Source: Candidatus Amesbacteria bacterium GW2011_GWB1_47_19
GTDB lineage: Bacteria > Patescibacteriota > Microgenomatia > CAZETR01 > Amesbacteraceae
Reading direction: 5' to 3'
DNA: 64,000 bases
Assembly (NCBI GenBank): GCA_001002325.1
Contig: LCNZ01000002.1
Location: 7,093 to 71,092 of the forward strand
This document shows, one piece after another, positions 1 through 9,778 of this stretch. A program made the translations under genes and the position numbers. Under the pieces are notes generated by a model. It was given only the letters and a program-made list of their open reading frames with translations, made no database searches and had not been told where the DNA came from. Numbering within the stretch: position 1 is the first letter of the stretch; every line of letters begins with the position of its first letter.

Positions 1-423
1 ACCGATCATTCCCGCCACAGTCAACGCTTCAGGCAGATGAAACTGGGACAAATACCACAGCCATGGGTTGGTTGTGGCTATCCATACCGGCCACCAACTC
101 CTTACGGCTTCGCCTCGGCTCAATCGGTATATTCCCCATACCAAACCAACCTGAATCAGCCAACCCAGGATCCTCAGCTGCATCTCTCCGGTACCAAACG
201 ATTTAAACCAGACCGCCTCCACAGCCAGCGGTACCACAAATAAGCGGTAGCCGTTATCCCGGAGTACCATTTCCAGAGACGGACTGTCGGTTTTTCCCAA
301 TGAGTACGCTGCGTAGCCAAATTCGGCCTGTTCGACGCTCATCCCGATAGGATTCTTCAAGGCCAAAGCCAGATTCAGAAGTAGTATCAGGGCAACCCCG
401 GTTATTTCAATTTTTTTCTTCAT
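1..423 (-). CDS. Divergent GT-C (ArnT/PMT-like) membrane protein, N-terminal 141 aa; runs off the window edge
   Basis: Not in the ORF track. Manual translation from ATG 423: MKKKIEITGVALILLLNLALALKNPIGMSVEQAEFGYAAYSLGKT...QLRILGWLIQVGLVWGIYRL...TNPWLWYLSQF, open to base 1. It aligns with the PxG..DEA.FGYNAYS motif of the neighbouring paralogues. Confidence 0.8.
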   Translation of the reverse strand, partial: MKKKIEITGVALILLLNLALALKNPIGMSVEQAEFGYAAYSLGKTDSPSLEMVLRDNGYRLFVVPLAVEAVWFKSFGTGEMQLRILGWLIQVGLVWGIYRLSRGEAVRSWWPVWIATTNPWLWYLSQFHLPEALTVAGMIG

Positions 424-449
424 GCTCCTGAATATAATATAATGAATTT
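424..449. promoter_or_regulatory. Putative bidirectional -10 region for divergent leaderless genes
   Basis: 26-bp gap. TATAAT (438-443) lies 6 nt before GTG 450; a minus-strand TATATT lies 7 nt before ATG 423. Confidence 0.55.
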
Positions 450-2051
450 GTGAAAACCGCGGTTTTGACGGGAATATTGCTCCTGGGACTGATTTTACGG
501 ACCGTTTGGTTGGATAAATATCCTCCGGGGCTGACTCCGGACGAGGCGGCATTTGGTTACAATGCCTACTCCGTCCTCCAAACCGGCAGTGACGAATGGG
601 GTACCCCCTGGTATAGGTTGGCTTTTACCAACCTCAGGTCCTTTGGTGATTATAAACTGCCTATGTATGTTTTTTTGGCCTTGTTCCCGGTCAAGATATT
701 CGGATTAAGCGAATTTGCCGTTCGATTGCCGAATGCTTTGATCGGTACCTTAGCCGTTGCCGCTGTCTATCTTCTGGGGAGTAAACTCTTTTCTGCAAAA
801 ACCGCCCTCTGGGCAGCATTTTTATTAGCTGTCTCCCCCTGGCATATCCAGCTGTCCCGTGGTGCCTTCGAAGCCAATCTGGTCACTTTTTTTCTCCCGC
901 TGGGGATATATCTGTTTCTGACCGGATCCGCTGTCTGGTCGGCGCTGGTACTGGGCCTTAATTTTTATTCATATCATTCTGCCCGGCTGCTGACCCCTTT
1001 GATTGTGATAATTCTTTTGATGTTTAAACTACCGGGGAAAATTAATCGCTTAATTTTCATAGCCGCCCTTTTTATCGTGACCGTCCCCGGCCTTGTGTCA
1101 ATGACTTCCGGAAGCATAGCCCGCGTTTCCGATATTGGCATAACCGGCCCTACCGATAATTGGCGATCTGTTGCCGACAGACGTTTTACCGCCCGCCAAT
1201 CCGGCCTACCGGATGGACTGGCCCGGCTGATATCCAACAAAGTCCAAACAGTGACTTCGCTTTATATACATAATTATCTGACGTATTTTTCTGGACAATT
1301 CCTGTTTACATCCGGTGCGAGTGAAGGGACTTATGGCATGCTACCGGGTAGGGGAGTACTTTATATAATTGAATTACCATTGTTGCTATATTTCCTGGTA
1401 CTACTTATTCGCAAACCGTCCCCGCAAATGTATTTGCTACTGTTGCTGCTTCTTATCTCCCCTATACCCGCCGCTCTGACAAAGGGACCGGGTTATGCCG
1501 CCAACCGGGCAGTTGTAATGCTTCCGTTTTTAATTCTCGCCATCTCATTCGGACTAACTCACCTTATAAAAAACAAACTCCTTACACTAATTACAATAAC
1601 TGTTTACTCCCTTTGTCTTCTCTTTTTCCTGGCTAATTATCTCTATCTCTCTCCCTCTCAAATTGCCCCGGCCATGCTTTATGGACGCCGGGAGGCACTG
1701 ACGAGAGTCGCCTCAATATCAGGTGGATTGGAGGAAGTACGAATCAGCCGATCCTTGTCAGAACCGCACATTTATCTGGCATTTTTCTCTCGTTTCTCGC
1801 CGGCGGAATATCAAATGTATTCTCGGAACTGGCCGGACCCGACGACTTTGGGTCTGAAATTTCTGGATCAGGTGGACGGGTACTCTTTAGATAAATATCG
1901 TTTCGGGAACCTGAATTTTGAGGCTCCGGTAGACCATTCGGTTCTTTATGTCGGCTTACCTTCAGACTTTCCCCCGGACTACCCCGGACTTTTCCGTATT
2001 GATTATCCGGACGGTCGCCCGGCGGTGACCGTAGCCGCAAAAAATCCATGA
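450..2051 (+). CDS. GT-C glycosyltransferase, ArnT/PMT-like (GT83/GT39 type)
   Basis: 533 aa, multiple TM segments. TPDEAAFGYNAYS, SFGDYKLP, VRLPNA, SPWHIQLSRGAFEAN motifs; soluble C-terminal domain. Confidence 0.9.
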   Translation: MKTAVLTGILLLGLILRTVWLDKYPPGLTPDEAAFGYNAYSVLQTGSDEWGTPWYRLAFTNLRSFGDYKLPMYVFLALFPVKIFGLSEFAVRLPNALIGTLAVAAVYLLGSKLFSAKTALWAAFLLAVSPWHIQLSRGAFEANLVTFFLPLGIYLFLTGSAVWSALVLGLNFYSYHSARLLTPLIVIILLMFKLPGKINRLIFIAALFIVTVPGLVSMTSGSIARVSDIGITGPTDNWRSVADRRFTARQSGLPDGLARLISNKVQTVTSLYIHNYLTYFSGQFLFTSGASEGTYGMLPGRGVLYIIELPLLLYFLVLLIRKPSPQMYLLLLLLLISPIPAALTKGPGYAANRAVVMLPFLILAISFGLTHLIKNKLLTLITITVYSLCLLFFLANYLYLSPSQIAPAMLYGRREALTRVASISGGLEEVRISRSLSEPHIYLAFFSRFSPAEYQMYSRNWPDPTTLGLKFLDQVDGYSLDKYRFGNLNFEAPVDHSVLYVGLPSDFPPDYPGLFRIDYPDGRPAVTVAAKNP

Positions 2052-3688
2052 AATATTTTCTCTTAATCTTACTACTTTGTCTCCCTGCGTTCGTGCAGAT
2101 GCTGAGGTTTGGTTTATATACTACCCACGACTTTCATTTCTTCCGTCAGTACGAATTTGATAAGTGTATATCCGATCATGTTTTCCCCTGCCGCTGGTCA
2201 GCGAATGCCGGTATGGGTTACGGAGAGCCGGTTTTCAATTTTTACGGCCAACTGCCTTATGTTTTCGGCCAGATATTCAAATATTTAGGTTTTTCAGTGA
2301 TTGATTCGGTAAAAACGGTTTTCATTCTCTCGCTGGTTCTTTCTTCTGTATTCATGTATCTGCTGTCCCGGCGGTTCTGGGGTCATTTGGGGGGTCTGAT
2401 ATCGGCTTTATTTTATGTTTTTGCTCCCTACCGGGCAATAGATGTCTGGGTTCGCGGTGCTCTGCCGGAAAGTCTGGCATTTGTGTTTTTCCCCCTCATC
2501 CTTCTGTCTCTGGAAAAGTATTTACATCGTCCCCGCCTATTACCGCTTTTAGAGTTCTCGTTATCCTGGGCGGGTTTAGTACTGGTCCACAATCTGTCCG
2601 CCTTTATGTTTTTTCCTTTTGTGATTATCTGGTGGCTATGGCGATCCCGGCAGTCGCGGGGTATCATGTCGGGAATTCCGCTTCTGGCCGCCTTCATCTT
2701 TTCGCTCTTTCTTTCGGCTTTTTACCTGCTCCCGGTCATATTTGAAAGCCGCTTAACGACTGTCAACGACACCACCCGGATTTATTACGAGTACGGTTTG
2801 CACTTTACTTCTTTAAAACAGTTGTTCGTTTCCCGTTTCTGGGGCTATGGCGGGTCAGTTTGGGGACTGAATGATACTATGAGCTTTTCCGCCGGCCACC
2901 TTCACTGGATACTTGCAGTCATTATCGGTTTATATTTGCTCATGAAACGTCAAATCAAATCACCATTAACTAATAACTATTTACTGTTCACCGGTCTCGG
3001 TATCTTCGCCCTTTTTTTAACTCACGGCAAATCCGATTTCATCTGGCGCCTGGTTCCTTATATCCGTTTCGTCCAGTTTCCCTGGCGATTTTTAACCATC
3101 ACTGCCCTTTTCCTCGCCCTTGCCAGCGGGAGTATCGCCCGCATCCTTCCCAATAAATTTATCCCCTATATACTACTACTGTTACTGTTGACCAATTTTA
3201 TGTTCTTCCGTCCGGATATCTGGCGTCCGATTTCTGATTCAGTCCAATTTTCCGGTGTTTTGTGGGACGAGCAGCGAGCCTCATCTCTCCAGGATTACTG
3301 GCCGAAATCGGCTCCGCTGAAGCCTCGGGAATTTGCCCCCTCTCTGCCGGAGTTCACAACGGGGCAGGGTCAGGTGGCAGTATTTCATAAATCTTCCCAC
3401 TCAGCTCAGGCGCAGATTACCGTTTCTTCCCCCCGGGCGGAAGTCCTTTTTCCCATTGTCTATTTTCCGGGATGGACAGCCCAAATTTCCGGCCGCAGGT
3501 TTCGGGTCATACCCTCGGGAGATTTAGGCAGGATTACCGTTCTTTTACCTGCCGGTAGTTACCTGGTACAGCTGAGGTTTACCGATACCCCCGTTCGGCG
3601 TATCGGCAATTTAGTAAGTCTGGTCTCCGGAATATTATTGCTGTCCGCCTTGCTGATTATCAAAAAACCGTCTTATGCAAAAAGTTAA
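2048..3688 (+). CDS. GT-C membrane protein, PTPS-related/YfhO-like
   Basis: 546 aa polytopic. THDFHF, RWSANAGMGYGEPVFNFY, RGALPE, QFPWRFL motifs and C-terminal YFPGWTA. Confidence 0.8.
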   Translation: MKYFLLILLLCLPAFVQMLRFGLYTTHDFHFFRQYEFDKCISDHVFPCRWSANAGMGYGEPVFNFYGQLPYVFGQIFKYLGFSVIDSVKTVFILSLVLSSVFMYLLSRRFWGHLGGLISALFYVFAPYRAIDVWVRGALPESLAFVFFPLILLSLEKYLHRPRLLPLLEFSLSWAGLVLVHNLSAFMFFPFVIIWWLWRSRQSRGIMSGIPLLAAFIFSLFLSAFYLLPVIFESRLTTVNDTTRIYYEYGLHFTSLKQLFVSRFWGYGGSVWGLNDTMSFSAGHLHWILAVIIGLYLLMKRQIKSPLTNNYLLFTGLGIFALFLTHGKSDFIWRLVPYIRFVQFPWRFLTITALFLALASGSIARILPNKFIPYILLLLLLTNFMFFRPDIWRPISDSVQFSGVLWDEQRASSLQDYWPKSAPLKPREFAPSLPEFTTGQGQVAVFHKSSHSAQAQITVSSPRAEVLFPIVYFPGWTAQISGRRFRVIPSGDLGRITVLLPAGSYLVQLRFTDTPVRRIGNLVSLVSGILLLSALLIIKKPSYAKS

Positions 3689-5279
3689 AAATTGGCCATA
3701 TCTGCTTCTGTTATTGGTCATTTCCGGTCTTTTTTTACGCCTGGTCAGGCTTCCGGATTTCCCGCCCGGTCTTAATTGGGACGAAGCCAGTCTGGGATAT
3801 TCCGCCTATTCACTGTTAAAAACCGGTCATGACGAATGGGGATCTGCATCCCCTTTAATTTTTCGCGCTTTCGGGGATTACAAACTCCCCAGCTACATCT
3901 ACCTGGATGTTGTCCCCGTCGCATTTTTGGGATTAAATCCGTCGGGAGTGAGATTGCCGTCGGTTCTGGCAGGTACCTGCTTGATTCTCATGTCTTTCCT
4001 GTTGGCTCGGCAAATTTTTAAAGACGATCGGATAGCCTTGCTGACGGCACTGCTGGTGGCCATCGAACCGTGGTCGCTGTTTCTTTCCCGGGTGGGCCTT
4101 GAAGCCAATCTGGCAGCATTTCTTATTTGTGCCGGGATTGTTTTTCTGTTGCGGCACAAAATCACACCTGGCCTGTTGTTTTTGGGTTTATCTGTCTGGA
4201 CATACAACAGCGCCCGTCTCTTCACCCCTCTGTTTCTGTTGGCATACTGGGTCATCCGCCGTCCCAAACTATCAACGGTAAACTATTTACTATTAACTGT
4301 ATTTTTCGTACCCATGCTTCTTCAGCTTTTTTCCCCGTCCGGCCAAGCCCGGTACAAATGGGTGTCCTTAATCGACCAGGGGGCAATCAACCGCATCAAT
4401 GAACTTCGTCTGAATTCGGATTTGCCCGAGACCCTTTCCCGAATTTTCTTTAATAAAGTATCCTATTCACTATTCACTTTTACTGTTAATTACCTAAAAC
4501 ATTTCTCCCCGGATTTTCTCTTTTTTTCCGGCGGTAGCAACTACCAGTTTAATATCCCCGGATATGGGTTACTTTCGTTAATAAACCTCCCCTTCTTTTA
4601 TCTGGGCCTCCTGCACTTACCCGGATTTCACGATCGTAAAAATCGCGTCATTTTTCCCCTCTTAGCCTGGCTATTCCTGGCTCCCATTCCCGCCAGTTTG
4701 ACTCGGGACGCTCCTCATACCCTGCGGGCTATTACCCTGCTGCCTTTACCAATGCTTATATCGGCTTTCGGTGCAGTTAAGATTTGGGATAGATTAAAAA
4801 CTCATTTGCCGAATTATTTTCCCATTGTCTGGCTTGTCTGTTTAATCCTAAGTCTGGAATACTACACGACTACTGTCACTCCGGCTTACCGTACTGCTTA
4901 TTCCTGGTCCTGGCAATACGGCTATCGGGACATTGTTGCATATGTCAGAAACCATTATTCCGAATACGACCGGGTCATAGTTAGCAAAAGATATGGAGAA
5001 CCGCATATCTTTTTCCTGTTTTATTGGCCCTGGGACCCGGTTGCCTACCGGACAGATCCTGATCTGATCCGATATTTTAAGAGCGATTGGTATTGGGTGG
5101 ATAGTTTTGCCAAATTCAGGTTCGTCAACGATTGGGATTTGGTGGAATACGTAAGTCAGCCCCATCCAGGTCAAAAGTATTTAACCGTTTCCTCGCCGGA
5201 CAACGCCGCCCCCGGTACACCCCTCGGTCAAATTAATTTCCTCGACGGTCAGCCGGCTTTCATAATTAAAGAAAACTGA
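3675..5279 (+). CDS. GT-C glycosyltransferase, ArnT/PMT-like
   Basis: NWDEASLGYSAYS, AFGDYKLP, VRLPS motifs; paralogue of 450..2051. Confidence 0.9.
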   Translation: MQKVKNWPYLLLLLVISGLFLRLVRLPDFPPGLNWDEASLGYSAYSLLKTGHDEWGSASPLIFRAFGDYKLPSYIYLDVVPVAFLGLNPSGVRLPSVLAGTCLILMSFLLARQIFKDDRIALLTALLVAIEPWSLFLSRVGLEANLAAFLICAGIVFLLRHKITPGLLFLGLSVWTYNSARLFTPLFLLAYWVIRRPKLSTVNYLLLTVFFVPMLLQLFSPSGQARYKWVSLIDQGAINRINELRLNSDLPETLSRIFFNKVSYSLFTFTVNYLKHFSPDFLFFSGGSNYQFNIPGYGLLSLINLPFFYLGLLHLPGFHDRKNRVIFPLLAWLFLAPIPASLTRDAPHTLRAITLLPLPMLISAFGAVKIWDRLKTHLPNYFPIVWLVCLILSLEYYTTTVTPAYRTAYSWSWQYGYRDIVAYVRNHYSEYDRVIVSKRYGEPHIFFLFYWPWDPVAYRTDPDLIRYFKSDWYWVDSFAKFRFVNDWDLVEYVSQPHPGQKYLTVSSPDNAAPGTPLGQINFLDGQPAFIIKEN

Positions 5280-5280
5280 A

Positions 5281-6918
5281 ATGGGTAGAAAAATATTATT
5301 AATTTCGGTTCTTATTCTTGGACTTGGCCTCAGGCTGATTCGGCTGGATAACCGTCCGGCAGGATTCACTTGGGACGAAGCGGCCTTGGGTTACAACGCT
5401 TATTCGCTTTTATTCACCGGCAAGGACGAACACGCGGCATTAATGCCCCTGGTTTTTAAATCCTTCGGTGATTACAAACCCGGTTTATATATTTATTTCT
5501 CAGTTCCCGCGGTAGCCATCTTTGGCCTTAACGAATTTGCCACCCGTCTGCCCTCCGCTATCTTCGGCACCCTGCTTGTCCTCGTTGTTTATTTGATAAG
5601 TAAAGAATTAGAAAGTTTATTGAAAATTGAAAATTGTAAATTGAAAATTGCACCAGCAGCAGCCTTGCTGATGGCGGTAAACCCCTGGGCTATCCACTTC
5701 TCCCGCGGGGCCTGGGAAGCCAACCTTGCGCTGTTTCTTACCACTTTGGGTGTCACGTTTTTTATCCGGGGAATCAAAAATAATTCTCATTTCCCCTATC
5801 TCATTTCTGCTTTCTTCCTCGGTCTGACACTCTGGTCCTACCAGGGGGCCAAACTTTTCACTCCGCTGCTACTTTTATCCCTGATCGTCGTTTACCGGCC
5901 TGTTATTAGTATAAAAAAAATGCTCTTACCATTGGGACTATTTCTTGTATTACTATTTCCGATTCTGGCAGGATTCGGAAACCAATCCGGCCGACTCAAA
6001 GTCTTCAGCGTATTTTCCTATACCCGCACCCGGGAATATGTATCCCAAATACTTACCCAGGATCAAACAACCCGTCCCGGGTGGGCTTATTACCTGTATC
6101 ACACTGAACTGCTGGATCAGTTACGCGGCATCGCCCAAAGATATCTTAACCATCTGTCACCCCGATTTTTGTTCGTGGACGGCGACTGGTCTTCGCTTCG
6201 CCACTCCACTCCCTACCAGGGATATCTTTTTTACCCCCAACTATTAATTCTTTTGATGGGTTTATACCTGCTGATAAAAAACTTTTCCCATCCATTGTCA
6301 AAGTTTGTCATCATATGGTTGTTTTTGGCACCGGTCCCGGCCGCCCTTTCCCGGGATATTGTTTCCGGCGTCAGATCTCTGCCTTTGATCATTCCCTTAA
6401 CAATCATTTCCGGCATCGGCTTAGCCAAAATTTCCCGTTATTCAACTCTGTTACTCTGTTTCTCTGTAACTCTGTTACTTTTCTTTATCTATTTCCTGGA
6501 TCTCTATTTCATCCATTCGCCTCAGTTTACCGCCCGGGACTGGCTATACCCTTATCGCCCTGCATTTTCGCTCATCAGGCCCTATCTCTCATCATACCGC
6601 CGCATTTATTTCACCGATCAACTCGGCCAGCCCTATATTTTCTATCTTTTTTACAACCAGGTATCCCCCGCATACTACCAGTCCCAAAATGCCTTCATCC
6701 CCAATCCCTCAGGAGACGTCGGTCGGGTCGACCGGGTTGATAATCTGGTATTTGCCCCGGTTTACTGGCCTTCTTTGCGTTACGAAAGTTCTGCGTTGTT
6801 CATCGGAGGCCAGTATGAATTACCTGAATCAGACCTAAACCAGCCCGGCCTGGAGCGGATTGCCGAGATTACTTACCCCAACGGAGATCCGGCACTCAGG
6901 ATTGTCGGTATACCATGA
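5281..6918 (+). CDS. GT-C glycosyltransferase, ArnT/PMT-like
   Basis: TWDEAALGYNAYS, SFGDYKPG, NPWAIHFSRGAWEAN motifs. Confidence 0.9.
   Translation: MGRKILLISVLILGLGLRLIRLDNRPAGFTWDEAALGYNAYSLLFTGKDEHAALMPLVFKSFGDYKPGLYIYFSVPAVAIFGLNEFATRLPSAIFGTLLVLVVYLISKELESLLKIENCKLKIAPAAALLMAVNPWAIHFSRGAWEANLALFLTTLGVTFFIRGIKNNSHFPYLISAFFLGLTLWSYQGAKLFTPLLLLSLIVVYRPVISIKKMLLPLGLFLVLLFPILAGFGNQSGRLKVFSVFSYTRTREYVSQILTQDQTTRPGWAYYLYHTELLDQLRGIAQRYLNHLSPRFLFVDGDWSSLRHSTPYQGYLFYPQLLILLMGLYLLIKNFSHPLSKFVIIWLFLAPVPAALSRDIVSGVRSLPLIIPLTIISGIGLAKISRYSTLLLCFSVTLLLFFIYFLDLYFIHSPQFTARDWLYPYRPAFSLIRPYLSSYRRIYFTDQLGQPYIFYLFYNQVSPAYYQSQNAFIPNPSGDVGRVDRVDNLVFAPVYWPSLRYESSALFIGGQYELPESDLNQPGLERIAEITYPNGDPALRIVGIP
5620..5650 (+). 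repeat. In-frame heptamer tandem repeat (TTGAAAA)x4
   Basis: TTGAAAA TTGAAAA TTGTAAA TTGAAAA TTG, encoding LKIENCKLKI. Confidence 0.85.
6445..6476 (+). repeat. Intragenic octamer tandem repeat (ACTCTGTT)x4
   Basis: ACTCTGTT ACTCTGTT TCTCTGTA ACTCTGTT. Confidence 0.8.
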
Positions 6919-8570
6919 AACGATACTTGCTTATCCTGATTTTGTTATTGGCTGCTGTTTTACGTCTGACAGCCTTGTCCCGCTATCCGGTCGGATTCAA
7001 TGCCGACGAAGCCGCCTTGGGATACAACGCCTATTCTCTATTAACCACCGGTAGGGATGAGCATGGCCACCTCTGGCCAATAAACCTCGAATCGTTTGGT
7101 GATTTCAAACCTGCCCTCTATGCGTATCTTTTAATCCCGTTCATCAAAGTATTCGGTTTGAGTGAATTTGCCGTCCGTCTCCCATCCGCCCTGGCCGGGA
7201 TATTTTCAGTTTGGCTGATATATCTGTTAACTAAGGAGTTATTTACCTCTCCCTCGTCTCCCCCTCCTGAATCAGGAGGGGGATGGGGGGTGGTACAGAA
7301 GATACCGGTTATTGCAGCATTTATGCTGGCGATATCGCCGTGGCATCTTCATTTTTCCCGGGGAGCCTGGGAAGTCAACCTGGCCACCACCTTCATTTTG
7401 TCCGGAGTTTATTTTTTTATTCTATATCAGAAAAATCACAAATTTTTGAATTTTGAATTTTGTGTTTTGAGTTTTGCTCTGTCCATGTACACCTACCAGT
7501 CTACCCGCATTATTGCTCCGCTCTTGGGTCTGGGCTTGGCTTTGATGTATTTCAAATCTCTGATCCGGTATCCCAAACAGTTGCTTCTGGCTTTTCTCAC
7601 CCTGGTTTTTATACTTTCCCCCTTAATGCTGTCTATTATCCGTTCTGATGCTTCCTCCCGCTTATCCGGCGTCGGCCTTCTGGCAGATGACGGGCCCGTG
7701 AACCGCGTAAACCAGCTACGCGGTCAGCATTCAGCCTTAAATTCACTTTTATCCCGTGAGCTGCACAACCGTCCCGTTATCTACACTATTCAATTTATGA
7801 AAAATTATCTAGACCATTTCAACGGGGATTTTCTGTTTATAACCGGCGACCTGATACCCCGTAATCGTATTCCGGAAACAGGACTTCTGTATCTGACCGA
7901 TTTTCTACTTCTGGTTTTGGGAGTTTTTTATCTCTTCCGCCGGTCCAGACCACACACCCGCATCATTTGGTTGTGGCTGGCTGTCGCCCCGGTGGCTTCC
8001 GCTCTGACTTTTCAGACCCCCCACGCTCTCCGGGCCCAAAATCTGGTCATCCCGCTAACTATAATTTCCACCGCTGGAATTTATTTCATAATTTCTAAAG
8101 CACGTTACTCAAAAGCCCTGTTACTCTTACTATTTACTATTTACACATTTCAATTCACCCGTTACCTCCACCAGTATTATATCCACTATCCCCAAACTTA
8201 TCCTTATGCCTGGGAATACGGTTTTAAAGAACTTGTAAGCTATGTGGAATCGGTTAAGGACGGGTATGATCAGATCCTGGTTACCGACAAATACGATCAG
8301 CCCTACATCCTTTTTCTGTGGTATTCCCGTTACCCTCCAGCCAGATTTCAGGGTACACATCAACTGACTATTCGTGATAAGTTTAACTTTTCCACCGTCA
8401 GGGCTTATGACAAATACAAATTTACGGATACTTCCTGGGACAAAGTTCGGGATATCCACGGCACCCTTATCGTTGCCGCTCCGGATGACATTCCGGAAGT
8501 CGGGGTGCATGTGGTAAAAACTATTTATTTCCCCGGCGGTTCACCAGCATTTAAAATTGTTTCAAATTAA
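6915..8570 (+). CDS. GT-C glycosyltransferase, ArnT/PMT-like
   Basis: NADEAALGYNAYS, SFGDFKPA, SPWHLHFSRGAWEVN motifs. Confidence 0.9.
   Translation: MKRYLLILILLLAAVLRLTALSRYPVGFNADEAALGYNAYSLLTTGRDEHGHLWPINLESFGDFKPALYAYLLIPFIKVFGLSEFAVRLPSALAGIFSVWLIYLLTKELFTSPSSPPPESGGGWGVVQKIPVIAAFMLAISPWHLHFSRGAWEVNLATTFILSGVYFFILYQKNHKFLNFEFCVLSFALSMYTYQSTRIIAPLLGLGLALMYFKSLIRYPKQLLLAFLTLVFILSPLMLSIIRSDASSRLSGVGLLADDGPVNRVNQLRGQHSALNSLLSRELHNRPVIYTIQFMKNYLDHFNGDFLFITGDLIPRNRIPETGLLYLTDFLLLVLGVFYLFRRSRPHTRIIWLWLAVAPVASALTFQTPHALRAQNLVIPLTIISTAGIYFIISKARYSKALLLLLFTIYTFQFTRYLHQYYIHYPQTYPYAWEYGFKELVSYVESVKDGYDQILVTDKYDQPYILFLWYSRYPPARFQGTHQLTIRDKFNFSTVRAYDKYKFTDTSWDKVRDIHGTLIVAAPDDIPEVGVHVVKTIYFPGGSPAFKIVSN
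7259..7283. repeat. Perfect 12-bp inverted repeat (REP-like) inside a CDS
   Basis: TCCCCCTCCTGA-A-TCAGGAGGGGGA, within the in-frame insertion TSPSSPPPESGGGWGVV. Confidence 0.85.
7444..7478 (+). repeat. Intragenic heptamer tandem repeat (TTTTGAA-like)x5
   Basis: TTTTGAA TTTTGAA TTTTGTG TTTTGAG TTTTGCT, encoding FLNFEFCVLSFA. Confidence 0.8.
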
Positions 8571-8571
8571 T

Positions 8572-8991
8572 ATGAATCTAGTTGAATTAGCCAAAGTGAT
8601 ATTTACTGGCGATAAAGGGACTATAATTATTCAGGATCGTACAGGACATAGCAAGATAGGGGAAAAATTGGGATTCTTTGGTGGTGGTATTAAACAGGAT
8701 GAAACTCCGGAACAGGCACTCCGTCGCGAATTACTCGAAGAATTAAGATATTCCCCTGAAATATTAAATTTCTTCATTAAGCAAAATACTATCTGCAAAA
8801 TTACCGGGAAATTTTACGGTTGGAAAGTCATTGAGCATATATTTTTATCTCCCATAACTCCAGAACTATTGGGATCACCATGTCTTGAAGGAGGAGGTAT
8901 TAAAGAATTATTACTTGCAGATGCACTCAAACTTCCGGATTTTTGGGAAGGGGACCATAAAATCTTAGAAATTTTGTATGAAAAAGATTAA
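8572..8991 (+). CDS. NUDIX hydrolase
   Basis: Nudix box G-GIKQD-E-TPEQALR-RELLEEL. ATG 8572 immediately after the upstream stop is preferred over the track's 8557. Confidence 0.85.
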   Translation: MNLVELAKVIFTGDKGTIIIQDRTGHSKIGEKLGFFGGGIKQDETPEQALRRELLEELRYSPEILNFFIKQNTICKITGKFYGWKVIEHIFLSPITPELLGSPCLEGGGIKELLLADALKLPDFWEGDHKILEILYEKD

Positions 8992-9778
8992 ACTTTCCGT
9001 CGTCCTGGCTGTTTATAACGAGGAGGCAAATCTTGCCCGGTGCCTGGAATCCGTAAAAGACATCGCCGGAGAGATAGTTATTGTTGACGGGGGCTCAACG
9101 GATAAAACCGTGGAAATAGCCAAACGGTTCAAAGCCAAAATTATCCGGACAGACAATCCTCCCAACTTCCACATCAACAAAAACAAAGCCATCGATGCTG
9201 CGGCAGGGGAGTGGATTTTGCAGTTGGACGCCGACGAAGTCGTTTCTCCTGAATTATCCCGGGAAATAAAATCTATAACCTATAACCTAAAACCTAATCA
9301 CTATGCAGGATACTGGCTAAATCGCAAAAACTGGTTTCTGGATCGCTTTCTGACCAAAGGCGGCCAGTACCCTGATCCCACCCTGCGCCTGTACCGGCGG
9401 GGTATGGGTCGTCTTCCTGCCATAGATGTCCATGAGCAGGCCCGGGTTAATGGTCCTACCAGTCATCTCAAATCCGACCTGCTGCATTACCGGGATACCG
9501 ATTTTGCCAGATATCTTTCGGGCTTTAACCTCTATACCACTTTTATAGCAGAACAACTCAGACAGCAGGAAATACATTTTAATTTGTCAAACGTATTTCT
9601 CTATCTCTGTTTCAAACCTCTGTCGACTTTCTTAAAGATTTATTTCAGGCACCGGGGATACGTTGACGGTTTCCCGGGGCTTGTCTTTGCTCTATATTCC
9701 GGCCTGGTCCATCCGGTTTCCTTTATTAAATTCTGGCAAAAAACCTTTTATCCGGACCAGTATTCGAAAAAATTATGA
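8978..9778 (+). CDS. GT2 glycosyltransferase (WaaE/KdtX-like)
   Basis: LSVVLAVYNEE, VDGGSTD, LDADE, VHE, GYVDGFPG motifs. Confidence 0.9.
   Translation: MKKIKLSVVLAVYNEEANLARCLESVKDIAGEIVIVDGGSTDKTVEIAKRFKAKIIRTDNPPNFHINKNKAIDAAAGEWILQLDADEVVSPELSREIKSITYNLKPNHYAGYWLNRKNWFLDRFLTKGGQYPDPTLRLYRRGMGRLPAIDVHEQARVNGPTSHLKSDLLHYRDTDFARYLSGFNLYTTFIAEQLRQQEIHFNLSNVFLYLCFKPLSTFLKIYFRHRGYVDGFPGLVFALYSGLVHPVSFIKFWQKTFYPDQYSKKL
9273..9300 (+). repeat. Intragenic heptamer tandem repeat (CTATAAC-like)x4
   Basis: CTATAAC CTATAAC CTAAAAC CTAATCA. Confidence 0.75.

Noticed and set aside
37-243. 68-aa plus-strand ORF
   Set aside because: It is the antisense shadow of the minus-strand GT-C gene at 1..423.
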